Shown here: in pieces, positions 37,847-47,642 of the stretch
How the letters are laid out: each line of letters starts with the position of its first letter
Position numbering within the stretch: the stretch's first letter is position 1
Origin: a virus
Taxonomy: Duplodnaviria; Heunggongvirae; Uroviricota; Caudoviricetes; Crassvirales
Virus record (IMG/VR): IMGVR_UViG_3300017605_000245
Coordinates: 1 to 64,000 of that record
Reading direction: 5' to 3' (one strand)
Length of the DNA: 64,000 nucleotides
The notes under the pieces: generated by a model
The model's database searches: none
Told to the model about the DNA's origin: nothing
The model's input: the letters and a program-made list of their open reading frames with translations, nothing else
Translations under genes and position numbers: made by a program

Positions 37847-38431
37847 ATGAAATTTAATTTAAATGATAATTCGTTAACAAGTGGTGGGTCAAAAGTATTT
37901 AACAATGGTATTGCAGGTCTTACTAAAAATGTAAGTGTCTCTGTAAGCAGAAAAACAGCAGAAGAACAAGATACTGCTCCTGATTATAAAGTGCTAATCA
38001 CAGATGACTCAGGTGCACAAATCAATCAAGGATTCTACTATCCAACAACTAATCCACAACTTACTGATGATGAGAATCAAAAGAAAGCGGGTTATTTAAT
38101 TGGTAGAATTCTATCTGTCTCAAATGCCGTTGTACCAGAAGGATATGAATATCCAGATGTAAATGGAAAATCTCCAAAAGAGATTGTTGATTTATTATTT
38201 AAGACAATTAAGGAAAATGCCGATGGTCAGAAAGTAAATGTGTTCACTACTTATGGTAGAAAGACACAACCTTCACAATATATGGGTCTAAGATTCTTCG
38301 ACTTTATAGAACGAGCTACTGATAACAGTAGACTTCGTGCTAAAGGAGACGATATGTTAGAACGTCTTGTAGAGGATGCTCCTGCAAATTCAGGCGAGAG
38401 TAAAACATCAGGTACAGGAGATATTTGGTAA
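37847..38431 (+). CDS. Hypothetical protein (ssDNA-binding role possible from position only)
   Basis: 194 aa with an acidic C-terminal tail. Located between the recombination ATPase and primase genes. No OB-fold motif recognised by eye. Confidence 0.3.
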   Translation: MKFNLNDNSLTSGGSKVFNNGIAGLTKNVSVSVSRKTAEEQDTAPDYKVLITDDSGAQINQGFYYPTTNPQLTDDENQKKAGYLIGRILSVSNAVVPEGYEYPDVNGKSPKEIVDLLFKTIKENADGQKVNVFTTYGRKTQPSQYMGLRFFDFIERATDNSRLRAKGDDMLERLVEDAPANSGESKTSGTGDIW

Positions 38432-38442
38432 TAATAATGGTG

Positions 38443-38516
38443 AGTTAAGTAACTAAAGTGGTAAAGTCCCTCTTCGAAAGTTGGGGAGTCTGGGGGTTCG
38501 AATCCCCCCTTAACTG
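38443..38516 (+). tRNA. tRNA-like gene (anticodon ambiguous; GAA, Phe, if a standard 7-nt loop)
   Basis: Perfect 7-bp acceptor AGTTAAG / CTTAACT. Canonical T-arm GGGGG-TTCGAAT-CCCCC. D-loop contains GG. The anticodon stem pairs poorly under standard numbering; a 4-bp stem with a 9-nt loop is the alternative fold. Confidence 0.5.
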
Positions 38517-38809
38517 CAAATTAATAACTAAAATTGTATTATAATGAAAATAGCAACAATAGATTTAAGTAAATATGAAAAAGGAATTAATCCTTTCATT
38601 GAATTAGTTTGGAGAGAAGCTATTAATGAGGAAATAACTGAAGTATTTGAAGTACTTTCTAAAATTAAATAAAATATGAAAAGTAAAGAAAAGATTATAA
38701 ACAAGATTTTGGATGAAATTAAAAGTTATCCTATAATAGATTTTATTGCTTCACCTATTACAGAAGAAGTAAGAATAGACAATCACATTTATTATGTGCA
38801 ACATTAACT

Positions 38810-39847
38810 ATGACAATAAATTTAAATCAATCGAAGGAATTAATATCTAAACGTGCTATATTACGAGAATATACAGATTTAGATATCTTTAGAAAGTATT
38901 TAGATGTTGGTCAAGATGCTATTCCAGGTACAGTTATGCTGTCTCCATTACGGAAAGAAACAAGACCTTCATTTGGATTCTTTTTAGGTGAAAGTGGTGA
39001 AATATGCTTTAAAGACCATCTCTTAGGTGGTGGTGATTTTGTACGATTTGTACAAATGAAATATGGATTAACATATTTTGAGGCTTTAAGTAAAATAGCA
39101 ATTGATTTTGAAATTTCAGATAATTATATCTGTAAAAACTTTGCAAAGACTAAGTTTAATAATACTAGAACTGATTATCCTACAAGAGAAGAATTATTGA
39201 GTAAAGTTACATCATTACGTTTAGGTAAAAATAGACGTAGATGGGCTTCACACGATAAAGAATTTTGGACTAGTTTTGGAATTACTCTTGAAGTTCTAGA
39301 ATTATATAGAGTTGAACCTATATCTTACATCCACATTAACGGTAAAATCTTTAAAGCAGATAAACATGCTTATTGTTTCACAGAAGTAAAAGACGGCGTT
39401 GAAACATATAAAATTTATCAACCATTTAGTGAAAACTTTAAATGGATTAACGGACATAACGATTCCGTATGGCAAGGTTGGGAACAATTACCTAATAGTG
39501 AACACGATTTAATCATTACTAAATCGTTAAAAGATGTAATGGCTTTAAAAGGTGTTTTAGACGTCTCTGCTGTATCTTTACAGTCAGAGAATATAATTCC
39601 AAAGAAACATGTTTTTGACCAATTAGCAAAGAGATTTAAGGTTATTTATGCTCTATATGATAATGACTTCGATAAGGATGTTAACTGGGGTAAACAATTT
39701 GGAGATAAAATATCTTCAGAATTAGGATTAATTCCTTTATATATTCCTGATGAATATAAATCTAAGGATTTTAGTGATTTAGTTAAAAATGTAGGAGAAA
39801 TAAAAGCAAAAGAAATACTAACAGAAAAAATGATGTTACCTTTTTAA
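38810..39847 (+). CDS. DnaG-like DNA primase with degenerate (Cys-less) zinc-ribbon and TOPRIM domain
   Basis: SPLRKETRPSFGFFLGESGEICFKDHLLGGGDFVRFV aligns with the DnaG zinc-binding block CPFHDEKTPSFSV...FHCFGCGAHGNAIDFL, but the Cys/His ligands are replaced. TOPRIM-like DLIITKSLKDVMAL and YALYDNDFDKDVNWGKQ. Confidence 0.6.
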   Translation: MTINLNQSKELISKRAILREYTDLDIFRKYLDVGQDAIPGTVMLSPLRKETRPSFGFFLGESGEICFKDHLLGGGDFVRFVQMKYGLTYFEALSKIAIDFEISDNYICKNFAKTKFNNTRTDYPTREELLSKVTSLRLGKNRRRWASHDKEFWTSFGITLEVLELYRVEPISYIHINGKIFKADKHAYCFTEVKDGVETYKIYQPFSENFKWINGHNDSVWQGWEQLPNSEHDLIITKSLKDVMALKGVLDVSAVSLQSENIIPKKHVFDQLAKRFKVIYALYDNDFDKDVNWGKQFGDKISSELGLIPLYIPDEYKSKDFSDLVKNVGEIKAKEILTEKMMLPF

Positions 39848-39848
39848 T

Positions 39849-40091
39849 ATGACGAATGATGAAATTATAACAAAGATTAGAGAATATCTGAAGTGGTCTC
39901 ACAATAGTGACAAAGAGATTACAATTACAGATAGATTAAAAGAAGACCTTGAGTTAGATAGTATAGATATTATAGAACTAACTCTTGAAATTGAACAAGC
40001 TTTCAATATGAGAATACCTGATAACGAAATAGAATATTGTAAAACAGTTAAAGACCTTTTAAATTCAATACACAAATATGAAAGAACTTGA
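39849..40091 (+). CDS. Acyl carrier protein-like
   Basis: 80 aa. DLELDSIDIIELTLEIEQAFNMRIPDNE matches the ACP phosphopantetheine-attachment block ([28 protein letters not shown]), with the Ser in DSID. Confidence 0.6.
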   Translation: MTNDEIITKIREYLKWSHNSDKEITITDRLKEDLELDSIDIIELTLEIEQAFNMRIPDNEIEYCKTVKDLLNSIHKYERT

Positions 40092-40509
40092 AGATAAAAT
40101 TTTAAATTATTTAAACCAAAAACCACCTCTTGTTCCAAGAATGAGACTTGACATACATGGAAATCTCAGTAGAGATAGTAATCGTAAAATTATTTATGAT
40201 TTACATCCGTTTAAAACAGGACTACATGTTTTAGATAATCGTTATCGAAAATACTATACAGGTGTAACATTGAACTACATTACTTACGATTTGTTAAAAG
40301 CAAAGTATCGTAAAAGTGATGTAGCTAAATGTTTAAAAGAATTACATTTAAACGGTAAAATTAAGTCATTAAGATGTCCTGACATTAAACAAGTGGTATT
40401 TGAAAATAATCAGTCTATGCATGTAAATTATGTAAGAGGTGGTTATGGGAGCACAAACATTGAAGTATTACACGAATATTTAAATCAATTTATAAAAGAT
40501 GAACAATAA
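40078..40509 (+). CDS. Hypothetical basic protein
   Basis: 143-aa ORF. Start overlaps the ACP gene's end. Confidence 0.3.
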   Translation: MKELEDKILNYLNQKPPLVPRMRLDIHGNLSRDSNRKIIYDLHPFKTGLHVLDNRYRKYYTGVTLNYITYDLLKAKYRKSDVAKCLKELHLNGKIKSLRCPDIKQVVFENNQSMHVNYVRGGYGSTNIEVLHEYLNQFIKDEQ

Positions 40510-40897
40510 ACATTTAGTTGCCGTATACGGTTCTTTAAGAGCTGGATTACACAATCACAGATTATTAGACAATGAAGAATCAACACAGCTTGGTACATTT
40601 AAAACACCACCAATTTACAAACTATTTAGTTTAGGTGGATTTCCAGGGTTACATAAAGATGGTACAACAGAAGTTACTGTAGAGGTATATGAAGTATCTG
40701 AAGATGTATTTAAATCTTTAGATAGATTAGAAGGTTATTATCCTGACAGACTTGACTATTCAATGTATGTTAGAGAACAAATTGAAACACCATTTGGTGA
40801 TGCTTGGATTTATTTTTACAACTCTGATAGATACAGTCAAAATAAGATGGTAGAATCAGGTGATTGGACAGAATATATGAATTTAAAATCAGCTTAA
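40499..40897 (+). CDS. Gamma-glutamyl cyclotransferase-like (AIG2/GGCT fold)
   Basis: LVAVYGSLRAGLHNHRLL...LGGFPGL...VEVYEVSEDVFKSLDRLEGYYP follows the GGCT pattern (YGTL..G..N...L...YP.L......V.G.L..V....LD..EG). Confidence 0.6.
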   Translation: MNNKHLVAVYGSLRAGLHNHRLLDNEESTQLGTFKTPPIYKLFSLGGFPGLHKDGTTEVTVEVYEVSEDVFKSLDRLEGYYPDRLDYSMYVREQIETPFGDAWIYFYNSDRYSQNKMVESGDWTEYMNLKSA

Positions 40898-40898
40898 T

Positions 40899-41138
40899 AT
40901 GTTACCAACAGCAGAAGAATTTTTAAGTAATACATCTATGTTAAATAAAAAACTTTTTCCTAAAAAAGAAAGAGATTTTGACCAAGCAGTAGATAGGATG
41001 AAGGAGTTCGCAAAACTTCATGTTGAAGCAGCTTTGAATAAAGCAAGCAAAGAAGCTCAATTAACAGGAGATGGTCTGTATGAATGGGTAGATGAAGACT
41101 CTATATTAAATGCATATCCATTAACAAATATTAAATAA
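40899..41138 (+). CDS. Hypothetical protein
   Basis: 79-aa ORF. Confidence 0.3.
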   Translation: MLPTAEEFLSNTSMLNKKLFPKKERDFDQAVDRMKEFAKLHVEAALNKASKEAQLTGDGLYEWVDEDSILNAYPLTNIK

Positions 41139-41141
41139 ATT

Positions 41142-41528
41142 ATGAAAAAATTATTATTATTATTCTTAATGCTATTCACATTTAGTGGATTTGCACAAGA
41201 TAAACAGTTTATTAAAAACTACAATTCTGCAATTCTTATTAACGCAGATGGTAGTAATAGTGATTGGCAAGTTTTAGACACAAGACTTATCTTCAATTAT
41301 GGTGGAGATAATACTAAAATTAAAATGTATGCTAATTCTAAAGTATTTAATTTTACAAGAATTGGTGAAACAACTAAAGGTACTACACCTGGAGGTATGA
41401 AACACTATAATTTAAAATTAATGGACGATGAAACAGGTGAAACAGTATTGTTACAAATGTTCGTAGATGAAAAATATGGTTGTAGGTTTGTAGATAATAA
41501 CGGAGATATGCTCCAATTAAGTAATTAA
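41142..41528 (+). CDS. Secreted hypothetical protein
   Basis: Signal peptide MKKLLLLFLMLFTFSGFAQ. 128 aa. Confidence 0.35.
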   Translation: MKKLLLLFLMLFTFSGFAQDKQFIKNYNSAILINADGSNSDWQVLDTRLIFNYGGDNTKIKMYANSKVFNFTRIGETTKGTTPGGMKHYNLKLMDDETGETVLLQMFVDEKYGCRFVDNNGDMLQLSN

Positions 41529-41948
41529 ATGAATAAAGAATTTATACCTTATGAAGAAACTTTAGTTCTATTAAATTTAGGATTTGATGAAGATTGTGTA
41601 GCTTCTTATCGTACACACAATAAGTATAAAGGAGAATTAGACTTTCAATATACAAGTTCTTCATATTTAGAAGAAGAAAATAAAATAAAGTGGATAAAAT
41701 GTATTAAAGCACCTCTTTATCAACAAGCCTTTAGATGGTTTAGAGAGAAATATGACTTACATCCTTCATTTACTCGTTGGCAAGAATTTAACGTTAAGTT
41801 TAAGTCTGATATATTTCCTACATTATATAAAGTACTAATAATTGATGAAAATATTAAAAATACAAAAAATGTAGGTAACTATAATATTTATGAAGAAGCA
41901 GAATTAGCTTGTCTAAGAAAATTAATTGAAATAGTAAAAAATAAATAA
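41529..41948 (+). CDS. Hypothetical protein
   Basis: 139-aa ORF. Confidence 0.3.
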   Translation: MNKEFIPYEETLVLLNLGFDEDCVASYRTHNKYKGELDFQYTSSSYLEEENKIKWIKCIKAPLYQQAFRWFREKYDLHPSFTRWQEFNVKFKSDIFPTLYKVLIIDENIKNTKNVGNYNIYEEAELACLRKLIEIVKNK

Positions 41949-41958
41949 ATTTAACAAA

Positions 41959-42657
41959 ATGAAAAAAATTGGAATCGTAGCTTGGGGAACAAGTGTAAAC
42001 ACTTTCGGAGTAACAACAATGTATGCAGACTTTTTTAGTAAATTTGGTGTAGTTGAAATGATTATGCCTAATGAGACAGAAGCTCGTGATTTAGACTTAT
42101 TAGTATTACCTGGTGGTCCAGATGTAGATACAAGAAGATATCTTGAGAAAGGTGATAAACTATCTTATTGGACACAAAAACCATGTCCTTATAAAGAAAG
42201 ATTTGATGCTGAATTATTACCTTTATATATGGAAAAAAATACTCCTATATTTGGTATCTGTAGAGGTCATCAGACACTATACGTAGAACTTGGAGGTAAA
42301 TTGTTTCAAGACTTATGGGAAGAAGGTTACGACCATCCAACAAATGGTGAGAATCGTAAAACTAAAGTACACTTTGTTAAAACAAACGCAAGAGCTGCGC
42401 AAGGTTTAGCCTTACAATTACCTGCTAAATTTGAAGTGAATTCTATTCACCACCAAGCGGTAGACCACAGACATATGCCTCAGATAGGAACGGTATTAGC
42501 TTGTCATACAAGTAAAGCAGGTAATATTGATGGTATCATTGAAGCAATGACATACTTTCCTGATTATCCTGCACATACAGTACAGTGGCATCCAGAAGAA
42601 ATTAGAGATGATTTCTCAATAGCTTTGATTGAACAATTATTAACTTTAAATGACTAA
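41959..42657 (+). CDS. Class I glutamine amidotransferase-like / peptidase C26 (gamma-glutamyl hydrolase, PuuD-like)
   Basis: LVLPGGPD. Nucleophile elbow GICRGHQ. Later HHQ and W...HPE blocks. Confidence 0.65.
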   Translation: MKKIGIVAWGTSVNTFGVTTMYADFFSKFGVVEMIMPNETEARDLDLLVLPGGPDVDTRRYLEKGDKLSYWTQKPCPYKERFDAELLPLYMEKNTPIFGICRGHQTLYVELGGKLFQDLWEEGYDHPTNGENRKTKVHFVKTNARAAQGLALQLPAKFEVNSIHHQAVDHRHMPQIGTVLACHTSKAGNIDGIIEAMTYFPDYPAHTVQWHPEEIRDDFSIALIEQLLTLND

Positions 42658-42659
42658 TT

Positions 42660-42887
42660 ATGCACGCTACTGCTACAGAACAAAAAAAGTTTAATCCTAT
42701 TACTTTAGAACTTACATTTGAAACGCAAGCAGAATTAGACAACATTAAAAAATTCATTAGAAATGTATCTGCAGATTCACTAAAAGAAGCAGTAGCAATA
42801 CATTCTATTCCTGTGTCAAAACAATTAGATATTCAAACTATTGTAAATTTTATTAATGTTGTAAACACTGCTTTAAAAAATACTTAA
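42660..42887 (+). CDS. Hypothetical protein
   Basis: 75-aa ORF. Confidence 0.3.
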   Translation: MHATATEQKKFNPITLELTFETQAELDNIKKFIRNVSADSLKEAVAIHSIPVSKQLDIQTIVNFINVVNTALKNT

Positions 42888-42889
42888 AT

Positions 42890-43804
42890 ATGCAAACGCT
42901 AAGAAAAAAGAAAATTACTTTATTTAGACCTACAATTTATAGTCGTCATCCATCTCACGATATTCTACGATTAAAACATCGTAAAATTCAAGTATTACCT
43001 TATCGTTCTGTAATTCGTTTTGGCTCAACGACAGAATGTAACGATACTATTGATAAAGGTGGTCAAAGAATTGAAATTAATTCTATTCAGTCTATTAAGA
43101 ATTCAGCCTCTAAACTTCTAATGAAACAGAAATTTATGGAGGCTGAAGTTAAAACTGCAAAATGGTGTAAATATGAACAAATTAATAATGTAGCTGAAGG
43201 TGGTATTGGATTTACTATCAACAATACTACTACTGACCAAATCGAATTTCCAATTGTAGCTAAAGCACATCATGGTTCTAAAGGTCGCGGTAATACGTTA
43301 ATTAAATCTCTTGAAGAATTTGAAGCTTGGAAAGTTGGTAAAACACTTAACCATTATATCTTTGAGAAATTTATGAACTTTGGTCATGAATTCAGATTAC
43401 ATGTAACTGAACAAGGTTGTTTCTACACTTGTAGAAAAGCTTTAAAGGCAGATGTACCTGAAGACCAAAAATGGAGACGTCATGACGATATCTGTGTGTG
43501 GTTCTTAGAAGATTCTGAACATTTTCATAAACCTAATTCATGGGATGATATTGTAGCGGATTGTGTGAAAGCTTTAAAAGCTATTGGTGCAGATATTCTT
43601 TCATTTGACGTAAGAGTTCAAACTCCTACCGATAGTAAAGGTAATAGACGTGAATATCAAGATTTCATTTTACTAGAATGTAATAGTGCTAGTTCAATGG
43701 ATAATGGTAGAGACGAAGTTTCTGTATGTGCTCAGAAATATATTGATGAAATTCCTAAAGTAATTATTGAAAAAGCTAAGAAACATGGTTTATACAGTAG
43801 ATAA
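42890..43804 (+). CDS. ATP-grasp ligase (RimK/GshB-like)
   Basis: KLLMKQKF...FPIVAKAHHGSKGRGNTLIKSLEEFEAW...YIFEKFMNFGHEFRLHV follows the RimK/ATP-grasp pattern (K..q..l....g...P.v.KP..Gs.G.Gv......E.......y..QEfI....dyRv.v). Confidence 0.6.
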   Translation: MQTLRKKKITLFRPTIYSRHPSHDILRLKHRKIQVLPYRSVIRFGSTTECNDTIDKGGQRIEINSIQSIKNSASKLLMKQKFMEAEVKTAKWCKYEQINNVAEGGIGFTINNTTTDQIEFPIVAKAHHGSKGRGNTLIKSLEEFEAWKVGKTLNHYIFEKFMNFGHEFRLHVTEQGCFYTCRKALKADVPEDQKWRRHDDICVWFLEDSEHFHKPNSWDDIVADCVKALKAIGADILSFDVRVQTPTDSKGNRREYQDFILLECNSASSMDNGRDEVSVCAQKYIDEIPKVIIEKAKKHGLYSR

Positions 43805-43825
43805 GTTTAAAAGAATTTAAATAAA

Positions 43826-44878
43826 ATGAAAAAAAGAAAAAATTTAGTTATAATGTATGCTGATGGTAGAGTAAATGACTCCATCAGCGACTTACTTAAG
43901 AATTTAGCGGAAGAAGTTACTGTTGTAAATCATCGTAATCCTACATCAAGACCTGACTTACTTATATTTACAGGAGGTGAAGATGTACATCCTTCTTTCT
44001 ATAATGAACAGACAGGTGCTTATACACAATGTAATATTAAAAGAGATAATGTTGAAAGAGACACTTTTGATATGTATTATGATGTACCTAAATTAGGTAT
44101 TTGTAGAGGATCACAATTCTTAACTGTAATGAGTGGAGGTAAACTTGCTCAACATGTTGAAAATCATGGTAATTCTCATACTATTGAGAATATCTTCGGT
44201 GGTAAAATGACAGTTACATCAACACACCATCAAATGATGTACCCATTTAATATTAAAGATAAATCTAACTATGAGTTAATAGCGTGGTCTGAATACTTTA
44301 GAAGTAAAGCTTACTTAAACGGAGACAATAAAGAAATTGATACACCTAATGATTTCTTAGAACCTGAGGTAGTATATTATAAACCAAGTCAATCATTATG
44401 TATTCAAGGTCATCCTGAGTTTAATACAGCATCTGAAGAATTTGTAGATTTCACATTAAATCTTATTAAAAAGTATATCTTTAACGAAGTAGGTCAATTT
44501 AAGAATGATGAAGTTCAAGACGTATTAGATGCTATTGAACAAGCTCAATTTATTCCTCTTAATAAGAAAGTAACTACTACGGAGAGTTTAGGTTGGCATA
44601 CATTTAATCCTAATCCAGGAATTGAAGCACAATCTTTTAAAGTTAGAACATCGCCACCTAAAATCATTGATTTACTACGTAGACAATACGAAGAAGAATT
44701 GAAACATGAAAGACATGAAACAATTCCACAAATGAAGCAATCAGAGACTATTCGTCGTTTTCTAGATTCAACTGAAGATCTTAATAAAACAGATAATGTT
44801 TCTGAAACCGAATCAACTGAAAATAAACGTAGTGTTTCAAGTTATTATTTCAAAGGTATCAATAATTATAAAAAATAA
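43826..44878 (+). CDS. Second class I glutamine amidotransferase-like / C26 hydrolase with C-terminal extension
   Basis: LLIFTGGEDV. GICRGSQFL. STHHQM. CIQGHPEF. 350 aa. Confidence 0.6.
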   Translation: MKKRKNLVIMYADGRVNDSISDLLKNLAEEVTVVNHRNPTSRPDLLIFTGGEDVHPSFYNEQTGAYTQCNIKRDNVERDTFDMYYDVPKLGICRGSQFLTVMSGGKLAQHVENHGNSHTIENIFGGKMTVTSTHHQMMYPFNIKDKSNYELIAWSEYFRSKAYLNGDNKEIDTPNDFLEPEVVYYKPSQSLCIQGHPEFNTASEEFVDFTLNLIKKYIFNEVGQFKNDEVQDVLDAIEQAQFIPLNKKVTTTESLGWHTFNPNPGIEAQSFKVRTSPPKIIDLLRRQYEEELKHERHETIPQMKQSETIRRFLDSTEDLNKTDNVSETESTENKRSVSSYYFKGINNYKK

Positions 44879-44883
44879 ACAAA

Positions 44884-45696
44884 ATGAATAAATATAATAT
44901 TACAATCGGCTCTGACCCTGAAGTGTTTTTAGAAAAAAATGGTGAAATCGTATCTGCAATTGATTTAATTCCAGGTACTAAATGGGAACCTCATCCAATT
45001 ACAGATAAAGGTCATTTCATTCAAACTGACAATATTGCTTTCGAATTCAACATTCCACCTTCTAAAACGGAAGGTGAGTTTGTAGAGAATATTAATTTTG
45101 TCATGAATTATCTAGACGTAATTGCAAAAGCAAATGGTGGTGAATTATCGAAAAAGTCGAGTGGTTTAATTGCTGAAGAACATTTGGTTCATCCTCAAGC
45201 AATGGAATTTGGTTGTGAACCTGATTTCAATCCTTACATTCAAGATGTAAACCCTCGACCTGAAGCAGTAGATACAAATCTTAGATGTGTTGGTGGTCAT
45301 ATCCATATCGGATATCCTAATCCAAGTCAAGAAACATCTGAGAAAATTGTAAAAGCTTTCGACATGTTTGTAGCATTACCTGCGTTATTGATTGATACAG
45401 ATGAACGTAGACGTGAACTGTATGGTAAAGCAGGCGCTTTTAGATTTAAAGACCCATGGGGTGTAGAATGTCGTGTATTATCCAATTTCTGGATTCACTC
45501 TGATGAATTGATGAGTTGGGTTTACAGAAATACAATCAAAGCAGTGAACGCTGTTTTAGATGGTGAAATTGATGATTTACTTGAAAAATACTCAGCAAGA
45601 GTAGTAGATGCTATTAACACTAATGATAAATCGTTAGCTAAAGAACTAATAAGAGATATTTTTCAAAAAGAAGTAGAAGAAGTATTAACAAAATAA
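44884..45696 (+). CDS. GS/GCS2-like carboxylate-amine ligase (amidoligase)
   Basis: N-terminal ITIGSDPEVFL (G-x-[DE]-x-E-hhh, as in YbdK/GCS2 TLGVEEEFLLVD). GGHIHIG (the HVHVG block of GS-like ligases). Nearly the same gene set was noted in phage amidoligase operons in published comparative-genomic work. Confidence 0.5.
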   Translation: MNKYNITIGSDPEVFLEKNGEIVSAIDLIPGTKWEPHPITDKGHFIQTDNIAFEFNIPPSKTEGEFVENINFVMNYLDVIAKANGGELSKKSSGLIAEEHLVHPQAMEFGCEPDFNPYIQDVNPRPEAVDTNLRCVGGHIHIGYPNPSQETSEKIVKAFDMFVALPALLIDTDERRRELYGKAGAFRFKDPWGVECRVLSNFWIHSDELMSWVYRNTIKAVNAVLDGEIDDLLEKYSARVVDAINTNDKSLAKELIRDIFQKEVEEVLTK

Positions 45697-45712
45697 CAAA
45701 ATAACAAAGCCA

Positions 45713-47638
45713 ATGTGTGGAATTTTTGGTCAAGCAACGAACAATCCTAATAAAATTAATCAGTCTAATATTAAAATATTAGGTATGGCAAATGAAACAA
45801 GAGGTCGAAACTCTTGTGGAATAACCTATGACGGTGAAATATATCTAGGATTAGATAAAGATAAATTATTTACAGACTTTGCAAAAGGTAAAACTTTTAA
45901 AGCAAAGAAATATCCTGTAATGTTTGGTCATACCAGACAAGCAAGTGTAGGAGTTATTAATCATCATAATGCTCATCCATTTGGTTTTGGTGACCATAAT
46001 GAAGGTTATGAATTTATTGCAGTACATAACGGTACATTATTGAATCATGACGAATTAGCGAAGAAATATGAAATTGATACATTTCCTTCTTATTTAAACG
46101 ATAACAATATAAAATCGTATCGTACAAAAATTGATAGTGAAATTCTGTTAGAAATTATTCATAAAACAAATAGTTTAAAGGTTTTATCTGAATACAATGG
46201 TAGAGCGGCTTTAGTTTGGACAGATACTAAGAATCCTAATACAATTTATTTGTATAGTGGTAAAAGTGTACCTAGTGAAGGTGACGGACCAAACTTAGCA
46301 GTTGAAGAAAGACCTTTAAATGTATGGGTTGAAAATAAAAACAGTTTCTATTTCTCATCATTACCTGAAAGTTTGTATATAATAGGTGGTGATGCGAATA
46401 ATGTATTTCAAATCGATTACAACACTGTATATGCTGTTAAAAATGGTGATTTTAAACACGCTAGTAAAATTCTTATTAGTAGAAAGAAATGTTATCATGA
46501 ACGGAAGACGGTTTACGGGAGTACAACACATACAACAACGAATTCCAGCGTGGGGAACTCGTTTAGAAATCCTAATGCGTGTGGTTATGACCTCAATCGC
46601 AAAAGAACTATAGACACATCTGCGGTTGCTGATTATAGTTTTCAGAAAATTCACATTTTAGATGACAAATCTATCTTACAAGGTAAAACTAAAGATGGAA
46701 CTTACATTCAATCTTTTAGATATTATAGAAATGGTCATTTACTAAATGGAATTTGGATGTACATTCCTGAATATGGTTTCTATCCTGTAGCACAAACTGA
46801 AACACAAATGCATGATTTTATAAATCGTCATATGGGTGAAAAGTTTGATACTGTTACTGGTGAGTTTGATGTATTTAAGAAAATGAAAGTAGGTGAAGGA
46901 ATTATTGCTTTTAGTACTGTACCTGAAGGACTTGAAATGTGTAAATATTTTGTAGAAGGTGTAAGATTGGAAGACCTTATTGACTATAAAGTAATGGTTA
47001 ATCATAAAGCTCAAGGACTTAGAGATTTCTTTGACCCAATGAAAATGAGTCATATGGCTACAGACCCTGTTGTAAGTCTTTGTAGAGGTGCTCTTGACGC
47101 ACAAGGAATTTATTTCAATGGTGTATTATTTACAGGTATTTATGAAGGTTTAGACTATGATAAGAAATATTATTGTAGACACGGTAATTTATGGAAAACT
47201 AAATCTTTAGTTGAAACAGACGAACCTTTAGTAATTCAATTATCTTACGAAAAGAAACCTGACCCTACATTTTCAGCTAAAACATTGGATGCAACTATCC
47301 ATACATTAGCTACAATGGAATCTGATTACATTCGTGAACAAGTTCAAACTAAAATTGATTTTGATTTAAAAAAGAAATCTGATTTAGAAACGGAGGTTAA
47401 TGAAGTTGATGAAACATATTTTGATAATGAAAATAAAGAAGTTGTGACTAAAGCACAAATTGCTGAATTCTTATCAGAATCAATTGTTGAGTCGTTCGAA
47501 ACCATGGGAAACGAAATAGAAAGTTTAGAGATAGACTTAGAAAGATTTCCAGACCACGAATATACAAAAGCCGTAAAAAGTACGGTAATTGATATCAAAC
47601 TGTTATTAAGTGAATATACTAGAAAGTTAAAAAATTAA
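45713..47638 (+). CDS. Class II (Ntn) glutamine amidotransferase domain protein with long C-terminal extension
   Basis: Starts MCGIFGQ (N-terminal nucleophile Cys, as in GlmS/PurF/AsnB MCGI). 641 aa. I found no PP-loop SGGxDS in the C-terminal part, so it is not an AsnB/QueC-type synthetase by this test. Confidence 0.6.
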   Translation: MCGIFGQATNNPNKINQSNIKILGMANETRGRNSCGITYDGEIYLGLDKDKLFTDFAKGKTFKAKKYPVMFGHTRQASVGVINHHNAHPFGFGDHNEGYEFIAVHNGTLLNHDELAKKYEIDTFPSYLNDNNIKSYRTKIDSEILLEIIHKTNSLKVLSEYNGRAALVWTDTKNPNTIYLYSGKSVPSEGDGPNLAVEERPLNVWVENKNSFYFSSLPESLYIIGGDANNVFQIDYNTVYAVKNGDFKHASKILISRKKCYHERKTVYGSTTHTTTNSSVGNSFRNPNACGYDLNRKRTIDTSAVADYSFQKIHILDDKSILQGKTKDGTYIQSFRYYRNGHLLNGIWMYIPEYGFYPVAQTETQMHDFINRHMGEKFDTVTGEFDVFKKMKVGEGIIAFSTVPEGLEMCKYFVEGVRLEDLIDYKVMVNHKAQGLRDFFDPMKMSHMATDPVVSLCRGALDAQGIYFNGVLFTGIYEGLDYDKKYYCRHGNLWKTKSLVETDEPLVIQLSYEKKPDPTFSAKTLDATIHTLATMESDYIREQVQTKIDFDLKKKSDLETEVNEVDETYFDNENKEVVTKAQIAEFLSESIVESFETMGNEIESLEIDLERFPDHEYTKAVKSTVIDIKLLLSEYTRKLKN

Positions 47639-47642
47639 TCAA

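Noticed and set aside
45713-47638. Asparagine synthetase or Gat-QueC-type identity for the Ntn amidotransferase
   Set aside because: The MCGI nucleophile is present, but I found no PP-loop (SGGxDS) in the C-terminal 400 aa, so an AsnB/QueC-like synthetase domain is not supported by eye.
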